DNA of 64,000 bases, taken from positions 2,519,285-2,583,284 of the forward strand of contig NC_057753.1 of the NCBI RefSeq assembly GCF_004010195.1, given 5' to 3'. Origin of the DNA: Chiloscyllium plagiosum. Lineage: Eukaryota. The notes below the pieces were generated by a model, which was not told the origin of the DNA, did no database searches, and saw only the letters and a program-made list of their open reading frames with translations. Made by a program: the position numbers and the translations under genes. Numbering within the stretch: the first letter of the stretch is position 1; the number at the start of each line of letters is the position of its first letter. Below, one piece after another: positions 63,424 through 64,000 of this stretch.

Positions 63424-64000
63424 TGTTATGAAGATGTGGGTGTACTTTAAGAGAGTTAAAAACAGCAGAACCACTGGACACAGCACCAAGTGTTCTCAAT
63501 AAGGTAACAATGTAACACTTGATCGAATAACTCGATTAGCTCGTTGCCTAGAAACAGAAACAAATTTGAATTCAGCCAATCAGTTTAAATTATACCCCGA
63601 AAAATACCAAACTCCAATCCAGTTTCAAATTAGCATATTGACAATCTTAAAAGCCAATGACACAATCCAATGCTTTGAGGGGATAAGACCTGAAAACATT
63701 GAACAGTTGGGAGGAGAACAGCCAAGCCTCAGCGGGTAAAAAACTGCCAGAACAAATTGCTCTCTTAAAAGTAATATTTATGATCAGTAACCTGTGACAC
63801 AAAAGTTCCTAAGAAGAAGAAAATAACACACAGGAAGATCCAAATTGGAGAACCGAATGCTGACTGGTTTTGAGATAAGAAGTGTTGTTTTGGAAATCTT
63901 ATTTGGGAGTTTTATCAAACTAGTATTATGGAAGGGAAGGTAAAAGAAAGTTTAGAGTAAGGACTTGTACATAGTTGTCAGTTAATTATTCTCTGTTATA
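63424..64000 (+). repeat. 3' LTR of the Gypsy element (partial)
   Basis: Follows the PPT; direct repeat of the 5' LTR with scattered substitutions. Confidence 0.88.

Larger units (their letters stand above)
57481..64000 (+). mobile_element. Gypsy/Ty3 LTR retrotransposon, Gmr1-type (gag-PR-IN-RT-RNaseH), decayed; 3' LTR runs off the window
   Basis: LTRs start tgttatgaagat at 57481 and 63424. There is a tRNA-Pro-like PBS at 58446-58465 and a PPT aagggggaag at 63414-63423. gag starts at 58627 and has the knuckle CFHCQKVGHVRTPC. Then come protease ILRDT (about 60070), integrase GGH..FYWP..CHTCQ, DQGSNF and GPY (60690-61780), RT PIKQHPYR..MPFG..YLDC (61950-62660) and RNase H (62816-63244). Many stops and frameshifts. 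Confidence 0.93.

Noticed and set aside
1-64000. CRISPR arrays, rRNA genes or prokaryotic operons
   Set aside because: No regularly spaced repeat-spacer array or rRNA similarity; the sequence is vertebrate genomic DNA.

Overview
Eukaryotic, repeat-rich genomic DNA, almost certainly from a cartilaginous fish: it has HE1-type tRNA SINEs, HER1/CR1 LINEs, shark-type IgM V/J remnants and GPR139-like receptors. There is one N-gap (23050-23636). Most ORF-track entries are retroelement debris or noise. The host-gene content is small and all on the + strand, in this order: (1) a lone, open T-cell-receptor alpha/delta-type V exon (12724-12997) with a perfect 23-RSS; (2) an intact two-exon GPR139/GPR142-family class A GPCR (16330-16399 + 18908-19818, 326 aa); (3) a frameshifted, truncated paralog of that GPCR (29919-30422); (4) a decayed IgM-type heavy-chain cluster (leader, VH, RSS, JH; 31730-33686) with no constant exons that I can find. 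The rest includes nested CR1 LINEs (one retaining an ORF1 esterase), HE1 SINEs and a Tigger/pogo-like TIR element. There are also at least three families of short palindromic Penelope-derived elements with 11-15 bp target-site duplications and minimal hammerhead-ribozyme motifs, and a Gmr1-type Gypsy LTR retrotransposon (integrase before RT) that runs off the right end. The most interesting signal is the interleaving of RSS-bearing antigen-receptor segments (TCR-type V and IgH V-J) with GPR139-like GPCR genes. All family assignments are by eye; no database search was run.
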